The notes: generated from the letters alone by a model not told the origin. A stretch of 62,820 bases of DNA, filler included, from Atractiella rhizophila (GCA_021432655.1; 4 parts of 4 records of this genome joined end to end with filler, not necessarily neighbours in it); one strand, 5' to 3'. Shown: positions 23,501 through 36,922, counted from the whole stretch's first letter. Made by a program: numbers and translations.

Positions 23501-24615
23501 GTGCAGAGAAATCAGAGGAGCAAAAGGAAGGCCAGGAAATGAAGAATGGTGGATGATGGAACTTACACCTTTCCATGTCTCTGGTGCGAGATACTGATTA
23601 GAATTGTTGGCATGGTTGGAGGAATCGGAGAAGGGAGGAAATCGGTAGAACTCGTAGTCTGCGACTTGGCAATGGAGTGAAGGGGTGATGAGTAGGTTTG
23701 AAGGCTTGATCCGTCCGTGGACCAGGTTCTTCGTGTGCAGGTGTTTAATGCCGTAAGCCGCTTCTTCCAACTATTCCACATCCCCGACGCCATCACAATA
23801 TCAGCCAAACTGAGAAGCCAAGAAGAAAAAGAGGGAAAGGAGGAAGGACGCACGAATTGTCGACGTCGAGAATTTCCTTCTCTCTCCAACCAAGCGAGGA
23901 TGTTTCCACCATCGATCCATGGAGAGACGACATACAATCCCAATCCAGCTCCTAGATTCGGATCGTCCTCAGGACAGGCACCGAGGAATGGGAGGAGATA
24001 AGGGGATCCATCCTCTAAAAGGACCTTGGTGCGCTTCACATACTCCTTCAACTCCCTCACTGTCTGCATCGTCGTTTTGAACCTCCGAACGGAGACGATC
24101 ATGCGTTCGCCTGCAAGATGAGCGTTCCTCCATTCCGCACGGATGGTTTGTTCGGCATCATCGGAGGAGGGTGCGGAAGAGGAGGAAGAGAGGGAGAGCT
24201 CCGAGGGATAAATCGTCCACGCTCCTCCTCCAGGACCAGTGCCACCGGTGCCACCAGCGCCAGGACCCATGCTGACGGAACCAGTCTCATTCTGGGTGAA
24301 GGACGGCTTGAAGGGAGAACCGAGGGTGAGATCTCCGAGATGGACTTCCAATCCCTGGGCAGGATGATGGGGGCGACGCTGGAGCTGGAGGGAAAGAAGG
24401 GTCAGTTGGACCGAAGTAATGTGATTGAGCTGCACCGTTCAGGGATGGTGAACTTGGAGGATCTGGACGGAAGGAAGGGGAGTAACTACTCTGACCGCTT
24501 CCCCTCTGCCCACCGGAGAATCCCAAGTAGTTTGAGGCGAGCGATACTCCGCTGGATAGAGGGGAGCGTTGGCTGGCGGCGGGAGGTGGGACTGGTACTC
24601 GAGCGTGGATGCCAT
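20547..24615 (-). CDS. TKL-like pseudokinase + Pro/Ser-rich linker + armadillo repeats (start tentative, next to a gap)
   Basis: Kinase-fold segments LLPFLGAC, YVVSPWIDGGNI, HGRIKPSNLL, VADYEF, YLAPE, DVFAFAMT, GERPD and WKATPAER. ARM segments MVTAGIIPLLITLL, WCLSRMC, ACWCLGNL, WAARAVGCL and IQRAGGVDILK. C-terminus ..SAKTAMAHNWNGGC..; candidate ATG 24615 is in frame through an intron. Confidence 0.82.
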
Positions 24616-24728
24616 GTTGACTTGGTTGAAGTGTTGCGGTTGGGGGGATGGGAGTGGGGACGGAGACGGAGACGGAGGAGCGGGAGATGGCGACGATGTT
24701 GGCNNNNNNNNNNNNNNNNNNNNNNNNN

Positions 24729-27700
24729 GAGGGTGCGGGTTTTCGGTGCCCTTGTATGCCGGGGGCAGGAGGTGGAGTTAGAGGTCCAGACGGCGAGTTA
24801 GGTCAAAAACGTCGGTTGTTGTTAGGTGGGGGCGAGTGGAGTAGAGGGAGAGGGCGCGATAGCCGGTGTCGGGGTGAAGGTGTCGGTTGTAGCAGCGGTA
24901 GAGGGCGAGGAGGCAGAGGCAGAGGCAGGGGTGAGGGTAGGGGGGTTGGCGTTGTGAAGTTGGTTCAGTTGTACCGTAGGTGCGAGCTCATGGTCAGGGT
25001 GGAGGGCGGCGGTCGGTTGCGAGGGGAGATAGGTTCACCTCATAGCGAGCGGAGTTTGATGAACCCTAAGAGGCCGCCCGTCTCCCCTTCGCCAGTCTCA
25101 TCAATGAGGGGAAGGAAGGCAGGTCTAGGGGGTTCAAGTGGTTGGGACTTGCCACGTCGAGTTAGTGTAATGAAGCCAGGTTGCCTGGGAAGAAAGGGAG
25201 GTCGAGGTCGCAGTGGGGTAGTAGGACGGGTCCCTAACCTTCAGGTAGAGCCTCTAGAGTGGGAGCCAAGAGGGAAGTTCGGCAGGAAGTGGGTCTTACT
25301 CTGACCAAGGCAGTCGTACCCAGGACCGCGACCACCGTGGCCACCGTGACCAGGACCTCCTCCTCGCACCTGCTAAATAGGGAGCCTCGAGAGGGAGAGA
25401 AGGAGGAGAAGGCGTGGGAGGAGGCTACTACGGCTTGTTTGGTAGGCACGCCTTACCTCCTTGCGAGTAGAACGTCCGCTTGCGTACTAGCAGAGGCAAG
25501 CCTCCAAGTTTTGCTGCTACGTCTGTCACTCCCTCAACTTCCTCATACACTTCGCGTGGTTTCCAGGAAAATCTCCTACCTAGGGGAATAGAGGAGGGTA
25601 AGGAGCCACGGACAGGACTCCTGCTAGGGTTAGATCCTCGACCTAACCCTAACATACAGCAGAGAGGTACCTAGCTACCACCTTTGTAGGAGCGAACCAA
25701 CCTCTCTCTTCCTTTAAGAGCTGCAGCTGTTAAGCACGCAGGAAGGAGGAAGGGGGAAAAGAAGAAGACCTAAGGTCAAACCGACTATACCACTACCGCA
25801 GCCCTACACCTTATCAACCTTCTTCGACGAATGCCGTAATTTGTGGACGTGTGCTTCTTGGACCAGGTGCCTGCCTAGTTCGGAAGTTTGGATGAGTAGT
25901 GGGGAAGTGAGGTAACGGTTCAGCGTCTGATGCTCAAGATGGCTAAAGGAGGGAAGAGGCTAAGGAGGTTGGTACGGTTGTTAAGATTAGTCATAGAGCG
26001 TGGTCTCTGTACCTTTCCACATTCAAAGTAGGTGGTAAGAAGTAAAGGACCGGAAGGAAAACGAGGAGACTAAAGAGACGTGTTAGAATATCTCCTAGTG
26101 CCGAGGACCCCTGCAGAAACGGAAGCGATACTGTCATATACGGTGGAACTATCCTCCAGTAGGAACCCCGAAGGAACCCCTCTGAGTTCAAATGTTAGAG
26201 CACCACTTCCTCCCCCTCGCCGGTCTATTCAGTCAGAAACGGGAGCAGCACTTGATACAAAGACAAAGACTACGTATACTACACCTATCCGGGCTACCAC
26301 ATCTTCTCCGTCGAATAACCTGCAACTATCTTCCCTACACCTTCCGCTGCGGCCGCCTCGCCTGCTTCTACTTGCGGCACCACAGGACCGAGGTTTTGGG
26401 GAGGAGAAGCGGGTGCTGACGCCGTAGCGGTAGATATAGGTGTCGATAAGGCGAGAGAGGACGGGAAGGCTTGCTGGTTGGGGACAGCGGCCAGCATCGT
26501 AGGCCTCCTGCGTAAGCGGTTAGACGTCTACGCCGAATGCCGCAGGGGGGACGTATAATGCTCCTAGTACGCCTGGACCCTCCAAAGCCTCTGTACTCTC
26601 TTCTCCTCCTCCACGTTGTTGCAAGGCAGCGGGGCGAAGCTTAACTGCGCGCGTACAGCTCCTCGGAGGGGGTTGGAGGCTCACGACCCTGTTATCCAAG
26701 CTTATGCTGAGGGCAGGTCTGCTGTGGCTGGTCACCCATAGGCTCCCTCTACAGGAGAGAGAGGGAAAGAGGAAGGTGAATATAGGGGCCTTAGAGGGGG
26801 TCGGGGTTAGCACTAATACTTCTGTCTGCTATAAGTTCAGGAGGGGACGGATCAAGGTCGCAGTCGTGATCCTGACGCCACTGCCCTGACCTGTGTGGAG
26901 GTGTATGGTCGTGCCCGTGTCTCAAACCGCCTGACGGGATAAGACGTCCAGGTTCAAAGTGTCCTAAAGGTCTTGGCTGAAGGAGCGGGGGTAGCGCAGG
27001 ATGCTCGAGCTATGCCCCGTCTCTGCCTCCTCGTCCTCCCTCCTCTTAGAACGGATCGTAACGCCTCTCGATACGCATAAGGCCTTGCCCTCCGAAGGGT
27101 CCATTGCTAAGTAGCGACCCGTCGTCGTCGCCCCCTTCGAAGTCTAGGGGTTCAGGCTGAAGCTGACGGTTAAAGGTAGTCTCCTCGAGCTCATACTGGC
27201 AGCGAGTACGTCGAGGACGACGCCAATGTGGAAACCCTTCCTCGAAGTGACGACAGGGACATGTCGTAAACCCCAGACCACCACCTCGACCACCACCAAT
27301 ACCGTACCCTCGCCCTTATGTACTTGCACACCTATGAAACTCTTCCCTATCACTAACCCCTCTGCTAGCTTTTTTTTCGCAGAGCAGACCACCATTCGGA
27401 GGGAAGTTTAATCGGCATTTTCTTCTCTAAAACTACCCACCTTTCCATGTGGCTCACGGCAGTAGCAGCAACCTCGGGAAGTCCGACTCTAGGTTCTGCC
27501 GTCCTTTGTGCTACAGTAGCTAAGGGTGGAAAAGTGGCAAGTTCTCGAGTAATTGTGGAGGCTATAGGCAGAGACGGGTTGATGGTTGGGATCGCCCTTC
27601 CGATGGGAACTCAGGTCAGCGACGGCCGAAGAAAAGCAAACAAAGATATGAAGAGGACAAACAAAGAGGAAAGGAGCAGGAAACGGAGCAGAAGGGAACA

Positions 27701-27760
27701 AAAGGGAATGACAGACGGACATTTCGAGCTCAAAGCTTCAAGTTCAAAGTTTCTCTGACA
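24729..27760 (-). pseudogene. Hypermutated, TpA-rich relic (unidentified repeat or element-borne spliced gene)
   Basis: Protein-like minus-strand frames are broken mostly by TAA/TAG, with intron-like pyrimidine-rich segments and visible TpA excess. No recognisable domain; strand and ends are approximate. Confidence 0.5.
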
Positions 27761-28975
27761 ACACTCGGAGCTGCTGATAACGCTGCGGTTGGGTGAAGAG
27801 AGTTCGCGGATTCGAGCAATCCAACAGCGATTCCAATTCACAAAAATGTCTTGTCCAGGGCTCCTCGTGTTCCCTGCCGTGTTAGGTCAGATCGAATATC
27901 GTTCCAATATTGTACCTTCAGTTCAAAGAGTTTTCCGGCCCGTATTTCCTCGATCCAGAAATCGTGACAGCGCGTCGGTGCAGCTGCTTTGTGGCGTTGA
28001 GAACGTTGGAACCCTCAGAATCCCTTCACCTTCTGCTAGCTTGTCCCTTAGGAGAACTTTCGTTGAGCCACTGATGAAATCGTGGAGGCGAAGATTCGTC
28101 GCGCGGAGTTGGACAAGATGGAGATACTGACAACAATATAATCTCGCCTTAGCCTGTCTCCCAGCCTTTCTAGCGTTGTGGCCCAATACAAGGACTATTA
28201 TCAAAATGCTTGTGGGGAGGTTGGGGACTATTGTTGGCTTGGCCTGTCATTCGAAAATGAAAATGCGAGGACTTTGCCGTTCCGAGCGGGATTCTAGACA
28301 CACAATACTAACGATCACGTGCTTTCGCTTCCTCTCCCTTTATTGCACTTCAGCCCTTCGGTGACTCAGAAAAGGTGAAGGAAACGGCGGTGGAGCAGGG
28401 CATGCCTTGAGAAGAACAGCTTATGTAACGGAGAAGATTGGGCGGGAATGCCCGCTTTCGACATTTCTGTGACTGGGAACATGAGCATGAGTGGAGGAGT
28501 TCGTAGTGTTGTTTACAGTGAATCAGCTTTGGGTGGTCTTGGTTGAATCATCACACTACACCGCTCTCTGTTCTTTTAGCACACTGATAACTTGAAAAAT
28601 TCTAAAGGTTGGCATCGATGGCATCTATTGCATTTACGAACGCATTGTGAGAATCCATACAAGAACATCTTTCGAAGCACTGACTGCAAACAGCAAACAT
28701 AGCATGAATAAAGTCTTTTCTTTCCGTTTCCTCCTTGGATCATCTCCTTCTCCGTTCACTCCAAAAATATAACTAATGGCCAACGCGGTCGTTGGTAAAC
28801 ATCCCGCACGTTGAGGGTATAATAGATAGATACCAAACTGAGCAATCGAGCTTGAACTTATAGACAGACAACAATCCGAAGAGAAGAGAGAGCATCAGGA
28901 ATCAGAAAAGCCGACATGAGCATGATGCAAAATATTTGAGCAAGAGGAGACAAAGAGAGAATTGATAGGGGATCG

Positions 28976-31900
28976 TTAGGAGGCCATGTCCATCGCTTGA
29001 GGTTCCTGAGCTGCCGGAAGTGGAGGTGGAGGGGGCGAGGAAACGTTCGTGTCGACCCTAGGCTCGACGTGGGACCTATTATGGTCCTGTTCCTCGTTCT
29101 CCTTCTTATCCTCTTTCGAAGGGACGCGTGGGGGTGTAGACGGGCGAGGAGGGGCGGCGTCACATGGTTGTGGCTGGATATCCGGAACGTTTGATGAAGG
29201 AGGGATGATTGGGCTTTTGATTCTCGGGTGGAGGGGAGGGCTAAGGGTCGGCGGGTCGACTCTGTCTCCATTCGCACCATCCACTTTGGTTCTCTTCCTA
29301 CTCGGGCTCTCCTCTTCCCGTCTCTCACTTTCGCTGCGGTCCCTCTTGGAACGTTGCACAGGAGGCGATGCCGAGCGAGGTGTCACGCTCCTATCACCTT
29401 GCCCTACGTGAGGGTCGGAAGGAGGTGGAGGAGGAAGTTGAATTGCCGGGCTCTCGCTCAGCTCATCGATCTCCTCGTCTTCCATCTGCTGATCCTTCCC
29501 ACCATCGACCTCCTCCGCGGAAGCGGAAACAGAAGCGGCGGTCGTCGTCGTGGGAGGGATGGAAGGTGGGAGGTGAGAATGGGAAGGGGACCCGACTGGC
29601 CCTCCTACCGGGTCATCTTCCTCATCGTACTCCTCATCCACCTGCCTGCTTGGCAACTGAACATCCATCGGCATCAACGGTTGTACCTCGGCAGGAAGGG
29701 GCGAGACCGACTCCTCTTTCTCCTGTCGCTCCTTTGAAATCGGGGCAGAAGGGTGGGCAGTAGCAGGCTGTGGAACCGGAGTCAAAGCTTTCGGCGAACC
29801 CTTCTTCTTCCTCTGTTTCGCCGGCGTAGGTTTCGGACGCTCCTTCCTCGCCGAACCAGGCTCCTTCTTCTTCCTCCCTCCCCCATTCGAGGTGCTCGCT
29901 GACGACCCATCCTCCTCTTCTTTCTTCTTTCCCCTCTTCCTTCCTCCGCCTGTTCCTCCAGTCGCGGTGGCAGCGACGTTGAGGACCGAAACGTGCTCTG
30001 CGGTGGGCGGGACCGGAGAGAAATCGCGCACGCTGGCTCGGTTCATCGTGACACCTATAGGAGGCGGAGGTGGAGGCAAATGTACAATCCGTCTCTCGTC
30101 TTCGTGGGGTGCGTGAGGAGGAGGCTGAGGAAAGTGACTATCCCCATTCTCATATCTTGGATAATGTTGACTGGGTGGAGCTCTCGTCGAAGAATACATC
30201 ATCTCCCTATGGGCAGGCAGGGGCGGCGGTTGGAAGTTGAACTGATCTGATTCCCTGGCAGACAGACCAGGACTAGGGCGAGGCGGTCGTCTATCCCACT
30301 CCTCCGGTGCATGTCGATGCTCGATAGGAGACACTGGATACGGACCGTGGGGACCCGAAGACTGGTGATGAGAATGCTGAGGAGGAGGCGGAGGAGGACC
30401 GTCGAACCTCCTGATCCTATGGGCCTCGAAAGAATGCGATCCGGGGTGGACAAGGTGTGGAGGGCTTCCATTCGTCGGCGGCGCCTGATTCGATGCGGCC
30501 ACATGGGAATGGGAATGGGAGTGAGAGTGAGAGTGCAACCGCGGCGATCCGTTCTCGCGCTTGAATCCATTCTCCATCCCCCCACCGCGACCAGCGGTCG
30601 TTGGTCTCGCTGGGGAAGCGGGTCTTCCATCAGCCATCGAAGGGAGTGGACCCCCTCCATAAAGAGATGGAATCGATCCTCTCCTTTCACTGATCGGAGG
30701 GGGCATCCTGAAAGCAGGGAGAGATCCCTCTCGCTGACTCCTTGGGCTGGGCAGCGAATGGGTTGGGGTTGAGTTGGAGGGAGTCCAGAAGGGGGAGGAC
30801 CGTTCGTTATTTGAGGTGGGTTAAATCTCTGGGGGAGGGAAGACATAGGTGGGATCTGCGGATGAAAGTTTGGCGGTGGTGGAGATGAGAGGGCGGACAC
30901 GGTTGAGGTGGACGTAGACCCATTGAGGACCTGGTTCCCCATCGACGCGATCTTCCAACTCGGACTCTTTGGCTTTATATCCCTCGGACTTGGAGGGTTG
31001 ATCGAGCTCGAGTTCGGACTCGTCCTTCCCTCCTCGACGTTCTTCTTGATCTTCATCAACCTCCTCTCAATCTCCTCCTTGTTCAACTCCGGCTCCAACT
31101 TGCTCGCTCTCTCGTAAGCGTCGATTGCGTCTCCCATTTGCTCGTTACAGGCTTCATAGAGCGTCCCCAGGTTGAACCAGACCTCAGACATGTAAGGGTA
31201 TATCCTAATCGCTCGAGAATAGGCGTCCAAGGCGTCATGGTATTGATTGATGTTGTAATAGAGCACGCCGATCGAACACCAATAGGCTGGGTTCTTTCCT
31301 TCTCGATAGACAGCCTGTTGATATGCTTCATAGGCCTTATTGTAATTGTGAGCAGCCATAAAGGCCCTTCCGAGAAGATACCAGGTGAAAGGATCATTCG
31401 AATCTACGATCCATCACCATCAGCCAATCCGTCCATCCTCCACGATACCAAAAAGGGAAAGGGAAATGTCTACGAACCATTGTTAATGCTGTTTGACAGG
31501 ATCTCGATCGACCTCTCAGCGTCGAAGAAGGGTGCTGTTTCCCTCGCATACAAGCTTCCGAGGCGTTGAAGGACTTTTGCATGGTTCGAATTCTGAGCGA
31601 GCACCTTATTATAGGCGTCTCTAGCTTCAGCAAGCTGTCCACCACACCAACAATAAGCAAGGTTCGACTTGAGGATTGGCATGAGAGGAATTATGTGGGG
31701 GGGACGTATACCTTATCCTGATGTTCATACAGTTGTCCAATCTGAAACCAGATGTCTGTCTGAGTTAAGGGTTTAGGAGGGGAATTCAAGATCCAGCGAA
31801 AGCATTCCAAGGACTCGTTCGTCTTCTTCTGCTGCTTGTATATAATCCCTAATCTGAAATAGATCTCGTTCGCTTTATCGAAGCCTGTGTCATCATCCCA

Positions 31901-33250
31901 TCGGACATGAGCTCCTAGATGACTAGATGAGGATTAAGGAGAATGAACATACCCGGATCCATCTTGATCACGCTCGAGAATGCCTCCTCTGCATGATCCA
32001 ACGACCCATATCGATCATAGAGGATTCCGATGCCATACCAAAGCTTTGGTTCCTACATCATCCAACGCATGCATCAACAACTCCGATTTCTGCAATAAGT
32101 CATAAAAGTGGTTGCACGCACCCTCGGATTCTTCATATGAAAAAGCGCTTGTTGATAACTTCCATAAGCCTTCGTGAGGTCGTCCATCATGAGATAACAA
32201 TGGCCAAGTGCACCCCAGACATCCCCACTATCATCTTGCAAGGCGAGTACACGGGCGAAGAACTCGGTAGCCTTGGTATATTCCTCCCTCGCTCGCGCTA
32301 TCGACGCTATGGCGGTGAGAGCGGGGATGGAGAGAGCGTTGTGCATCAAGGCTTGTTCGTACGCTTCCAGTGCCTTCTCAGGTTGCTTCAGGGTGTCGTA
32401 GCAAGATCCTATCCATCAACGGTAGCTGGTCAGCGTGGGTACAATGCGAGATATTGGAGTCACTGATGCCGCCGATTAATTTCGCACCGTTAAAACGCCA
32501 GCTTCATGTCACTCGATACACCTAATGCAGGACGTAAAGAGGGCGACAAAAACGAGAGGATCTAACCCTCTCTCGGATCGGAAAACAAAACTGAAGTCTG
32601 GAGAAACCCATGATTTGGCAGATAACGGTGCAAAACCCGAGACGATCTACATAGAAGCGATGGATGATCGTCTTTGCCTGCTCGAAACCTCAAAAAGTAG
32701 TTCCTTGTCAACTCTATATAGAAAAACTTAAAGAATGTAAGGGAACTGCGACTGAAAAAAAACTACCATAGAACGAAGTAGAGAAATATCGCACAGAATG
32801 AATAACACGATGAATAGAAAAGGGAAAAAGAAGCACCACAAAGAATAGCAGAAAAAGGAGAGGAAGAAAAGAAACAGACTACACACCAACTTGACACCAA
32901 GTCATCTCCGTCTCCCTGCCCAAAACACCCAAATTCCCAGGGCTCTTAACCGTGAATCCTCTACTCCCACCAGGCATGTCCATCCTCGACAGGGCATCCA
33001 CATTCCTCTGTCTCCCAAGTTGAAGGATATCCTGAACGGCTGGCGAACGAGGGGGTACTCCGGCGGATCCATTGGAGAGTGAGCCGTTGAGGTCGATGGC
33101 TGATTGAGGTTGGGGTGGCGGTGGTGGTTGGGATGATGGTGGCTGGGACTGGAGCGGTGCGATGGGCTGGAGCTGGAGAGAATGTGGGTGGGAGGGGAGG
33201 GATTGGATGGGCGGGAGGGCGTCGGAGTGATAGTATGGGAACGGTGCCAT
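28976..33250 (-). CDS. SSN6: General transcriptional corepressor Ssn6/Cyc8 (TPR repeats)
   Basis: VWGALGHCYLMMDDLTKAY, PKLWYGIGILYDRYGSLDHAEEAF, KANEIYFRLGIIYKQQ, DIWFQIG and WYLLGRAFM..KAYEAYQQAVYR..WCSIGVLYYNINQYHDALDAYSRAIR..EVWFNLGTLYE. Long Pro-rich C-terminus. Confidence 0.96.
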
Positions 33251-35809
33251 GTTCTTCTTCCAATCTTCCAGCTAACCAGCTGTTAGCTATTTAGCCGAGG
33301 ATGACAGAGATAATGTTGAAATGCGAAATGGGCAGAAACAAGGGGATGGATGGAGTGGAGTGGAGTGATGATGTAATGCTGCGAAACAAGAGGAAGTTCA
33401 CGGAAGAGGAGGAATAGAAGAAGGCCAGGAAGCAAAGGGAGAGAGAAAAAGAACGAGGGTCGGTTTTATAAATCCCAGCTCAATTCAACAACTCTATCTG
33501 GACCTAAATTATTCTCCGAAGCTAGCACTTCCCTTCCGCCTGTCTATCTCTCTTCTCTTATTCCTTCTCCTTCTGCGTCATCTCATCTCCTTCCTATCTC
33601 CATTCATATTTATCGTTCGTATCTCTCTCTTATCTCCTTCATATGCACGTATGTACCCGCACCAGCAATCAAAACCAGCTCAACCTCATAGCACCCAATC
33701 ATAAGCAGCGTCCACGTGCCCCTGCCGACCCCGAACAAAGGGCGCAAATCTCTGTCGATCATCCGCACATCTGCATTCTCCTCACAAGATCCACATCTTC
33801 GGCGCCAGTCCTCGTTCCAAACACCTAACTCGTGTGCGCTGCACCACCTCAACCCAACCCAACCTATTTGGAACCAGTGGCCACAACCTTCTCCTGGATC
33901 TCAGCAACCCCAGCTTCTCCTACTTTGTCCGTAAAGTTCGGCATTCGAGTTTTGGGAATCAGAGAACAAAGAATGATGCACAGAGTATGATAGACACCGC
34001 ATATCGAAGCATTCAATGTAAACTAATATACACAGTGGGTGGAGGAGATTGAATGGTAGAAGAAGTCGCAATTCTTACAGTGACAGCCTTATCTGTCTGT
34101 GTTGTCATTATCAAAAGGAAGGAACCAAAAGTCGAGATGGAGGAGATGTTGGGCTCCCGAAGGAGGAATGAAAGAATGAGAAGATCGTTCAAACAGTTCA
34201 AAGAAGCTCAAGCGACTGGGATCAGTTAGAATCAGTTGGGAGGATCTGTGCGATAAATGAAAGTTCCAGACAGGCTCTGAATCGCTCATGTGTGCACAAA
34301 CAGTTGGATGAAGGAATGGTCAGATGATTGGATCGACCTGCCATCGAAGACGAAGGCCGCACAAACACCGATTTGAAACGCTCAGCTCGATCCAAAAATG
34401 AAACAGTTTTCAACGAAAGATGGCTTGATTGAAGGCCAACTAACCGAATTGTGGTGCGAGGCTGTCACCTGCTTGGAATGTATTTACTTAACTGTCTGGA
34501 TGACAGGATGACAGGGATGTGACAGGTGACATGATTCGATAGAGTAAATAGATTTACAGATAATCGATCCGTATTCTTCTCGAACGCTTGAAGGTTGCAA
34601 CGATACTCTGCCCTGACAGCCTGTTACACCTTCACCTGGACGGGTTGAACGTGTTGTGTCTTGTCGACGACGTGAGGCATAGCCTGTGCCCCTGCAACCT
34701 TCAACATTTGGAGCTTCATTCACCCATCCACCCCGACCCATTCATGGAAGATCAGGATCGGCAGGGACGGACGGACGAGGTGGCTAGGTCTGCACTCCAC
34801 CGTTTCCTTCAACCATTTAATTCGAACAGAACAAATTTGAACGTCTGCACGTTTTCAACCGTTGCTCTCGAACAAGCCTCTAATAGCCAATCGTGATTCC
34901 ATCCCAAGAAGTTAGAAATCGTTCACTTATTCTGAACCGTATCCTCCTCTTTTCGAACTTGTCTTCCCTCCCAGACCCCATAGACACGTCGACATGTCAA
35001 CGTCCACTCAATCATTGAGGTCATCCACCATCCAAAATCTCGGCCTTTTGTTCAATTCGCGTTGCGGAGCTCAGGAAAGTGAAAGGCACAAGCGACAAAG
35101 CACGCGCGTCAATCAACAAATTACACTTCGTTTCAATTGATCCGGAATAACTGTTTATCGTAGGTTCGGAATGATGGACTTGCATTATTAAATACCGAAG
35201 CTACGATTAAATAGGAGAAAATTATTGTTCATTCGGCGAGACTGAATGCCGGAGCATCCCATTTTGTTGAATGCAGTCGCCCATCTCAGCCGGTCCTCTA
35301 CGGTGGAATAACCGAGGGATGGATTATTTTGATAGGTATTGGGTGAAGCGGGAAGAAGAGCAGGACATCGTTGTTGACAGTGGTGGTAAGTTCGGTTGTC
35401 GATACTTTGACAGCGCCAGGACCTACCGAATGGCGGGGATCCGTTACATGGACCTTCAGAAGCAGAACGGCGAAGTCCGCAAGGGAGGTATGGTAAGTTG
35501 GTTGAATCTGGTTCGGTTTGGGTACAGGGTCGGTCCGACTCGCGTCAAACCAAACCCAAAGGTTGGAACTAAGGCATGGCAACGATTACTCGTTCGTCCT
35601 CGAGGTCGGCCAATTTCGTCTCGTTCCTTTTTCGGGCAGGCAGAGTTGGGCAGAGGTGGTGGGGAGAACCGTAAATTGCTGACGTTCATGGGCATGAAAT
35701 ATACAATTACGTCCACATCTTTTTGGAGGTATTCTTGCCTTGAATTACGTGGAGGGCTAAGAAGAGTAAGAGGTAAAGAGGAATAGTAGGAAACCTCAGC
35801 AACTGAACC

Positions 35810-36584
35810 TCATGCCTCAATTGGAGGCTGCGAAGTCTCCATTCTCTTCCTCTTCTTCGGTCTCCCTCCATCCGGTTCCCCTGCGCCGGCTCCATCCAGC
35901 ATTTGTGCCTTCCTCTTCTCTCCCACCTCATCAGCTGGGCGTCCCCCCCCCATCGGCATCCTCAAGTGCCCCTTCTTCCCGCTCTCCTGCGCACCTTTGG
36001 GAGCTCCAGGCTTCTTCTTCTTCTTCAAGCTCAGCGGGTTCGGACCTTTCGCTTTTCGCTTTCCTTTCCTCTTCACCTCTCCTTCCGTCGTCGCCGTTAC
36101 GGATGTGGACGCAGATGGATTGTTGGTGACAGAGGTAGATGAAGAGGCGGACGGATCGTTGAGGGCGACGTTGTCGAGTGCGGATTTCGGGATTCGGACT
36201 GAAGGAGCGGCGGATCTGAGGAAGTCGAGTTCGTGCGCAGGGATGTGTAGTTTGGAGCTATCCATCTACCAAAGTTATCAGCTAGTGCACTTATTCTGGA
36301 AAAGAAGACGGAAGAATCATTGAACTCACTTGCTCTTTTCGCTTCACTGTAGCTTCTGAAGGCTGCTCGAGGAGAAGAATGGAACGGTTGAGGAAGATGA
36401 TCGGTAGGCCTGGAATGGTGCGCAGAGAAGAACGGAGGGTGGTGGATTGGGTGGCTATGATATATCTGTGCTTATTCTCATTTCCTGCACATTTCAATCA
36501 GATTGGGCAAAGAAGCATAAAAATAAGCATAAGCACCTAATATTCCCAGAATACACTCTTCAGATGTCTTCTTAACCCAATGAT
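35810..36584 (-). CDS. UTP23: rRNA-processing protein Utp23, 5'-partial (N-terminus lost at gap 36585-36609)
   Basis: HWVKKTSEECILGILGNENKHRYIIATQSTTLRSSLRTIPGLPIIFLNRSILLLE and the C-terminal KRKAKGPNPLSLKKKKK motif. Confidence 0.9.
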
Positions 36585-36922
36585 NNNNNNNNNNNNNNNN
36601 NNNNNNNNNCGCTCTGCTCCCTCCTCTCGAGCTATGTTTACGCATTCACATTGGATAGCCGCCGGATTAATGGTTTGGCAATATCGTAAGTTTTCTGTCC
36701 TTTCCTTGCACCTGCTTGACGCTGACTTTTCTTCCAAGCCGATCAACCTGGTCAGTCTCATCTACATCTGTGCCCAACTTGCGCTGCTAATGCGATAATC
36801 AACAGTCGGATACGTGAACACCGTTTGGGGATAAGGCATCTAAGTGCAGCTTGGAAGAGGAAGAATCTACGACCGAGCAATGACTTTCCTTTGAGCAATC
36901 TTTGCGCAATGTCAGAATATTT

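Noticed and set aside
28997..31569. Many plus-strand ORFs over SSN6 (likewise over the kinase-ARM gene)
   Set aside because: Antisense shadows of GC-rich, Pro/Ser-rich coding sequence.
33643..33934. Small spliced ORF divergent from SSN6
   Set aside because: A plausible intron exists but the product is short and featureless, with no supporting evidence.
35038..35050. tctcggccttttg resembling the U2 snRNA 5' region
   Set aside because: No following gctaagatca or gtgtagta branch-pairing sequence.
35271..35786. 171-aa plus-strand ORF downstream of UTP23
   Set aside because: No motif or splice support; likely a chance ORF.
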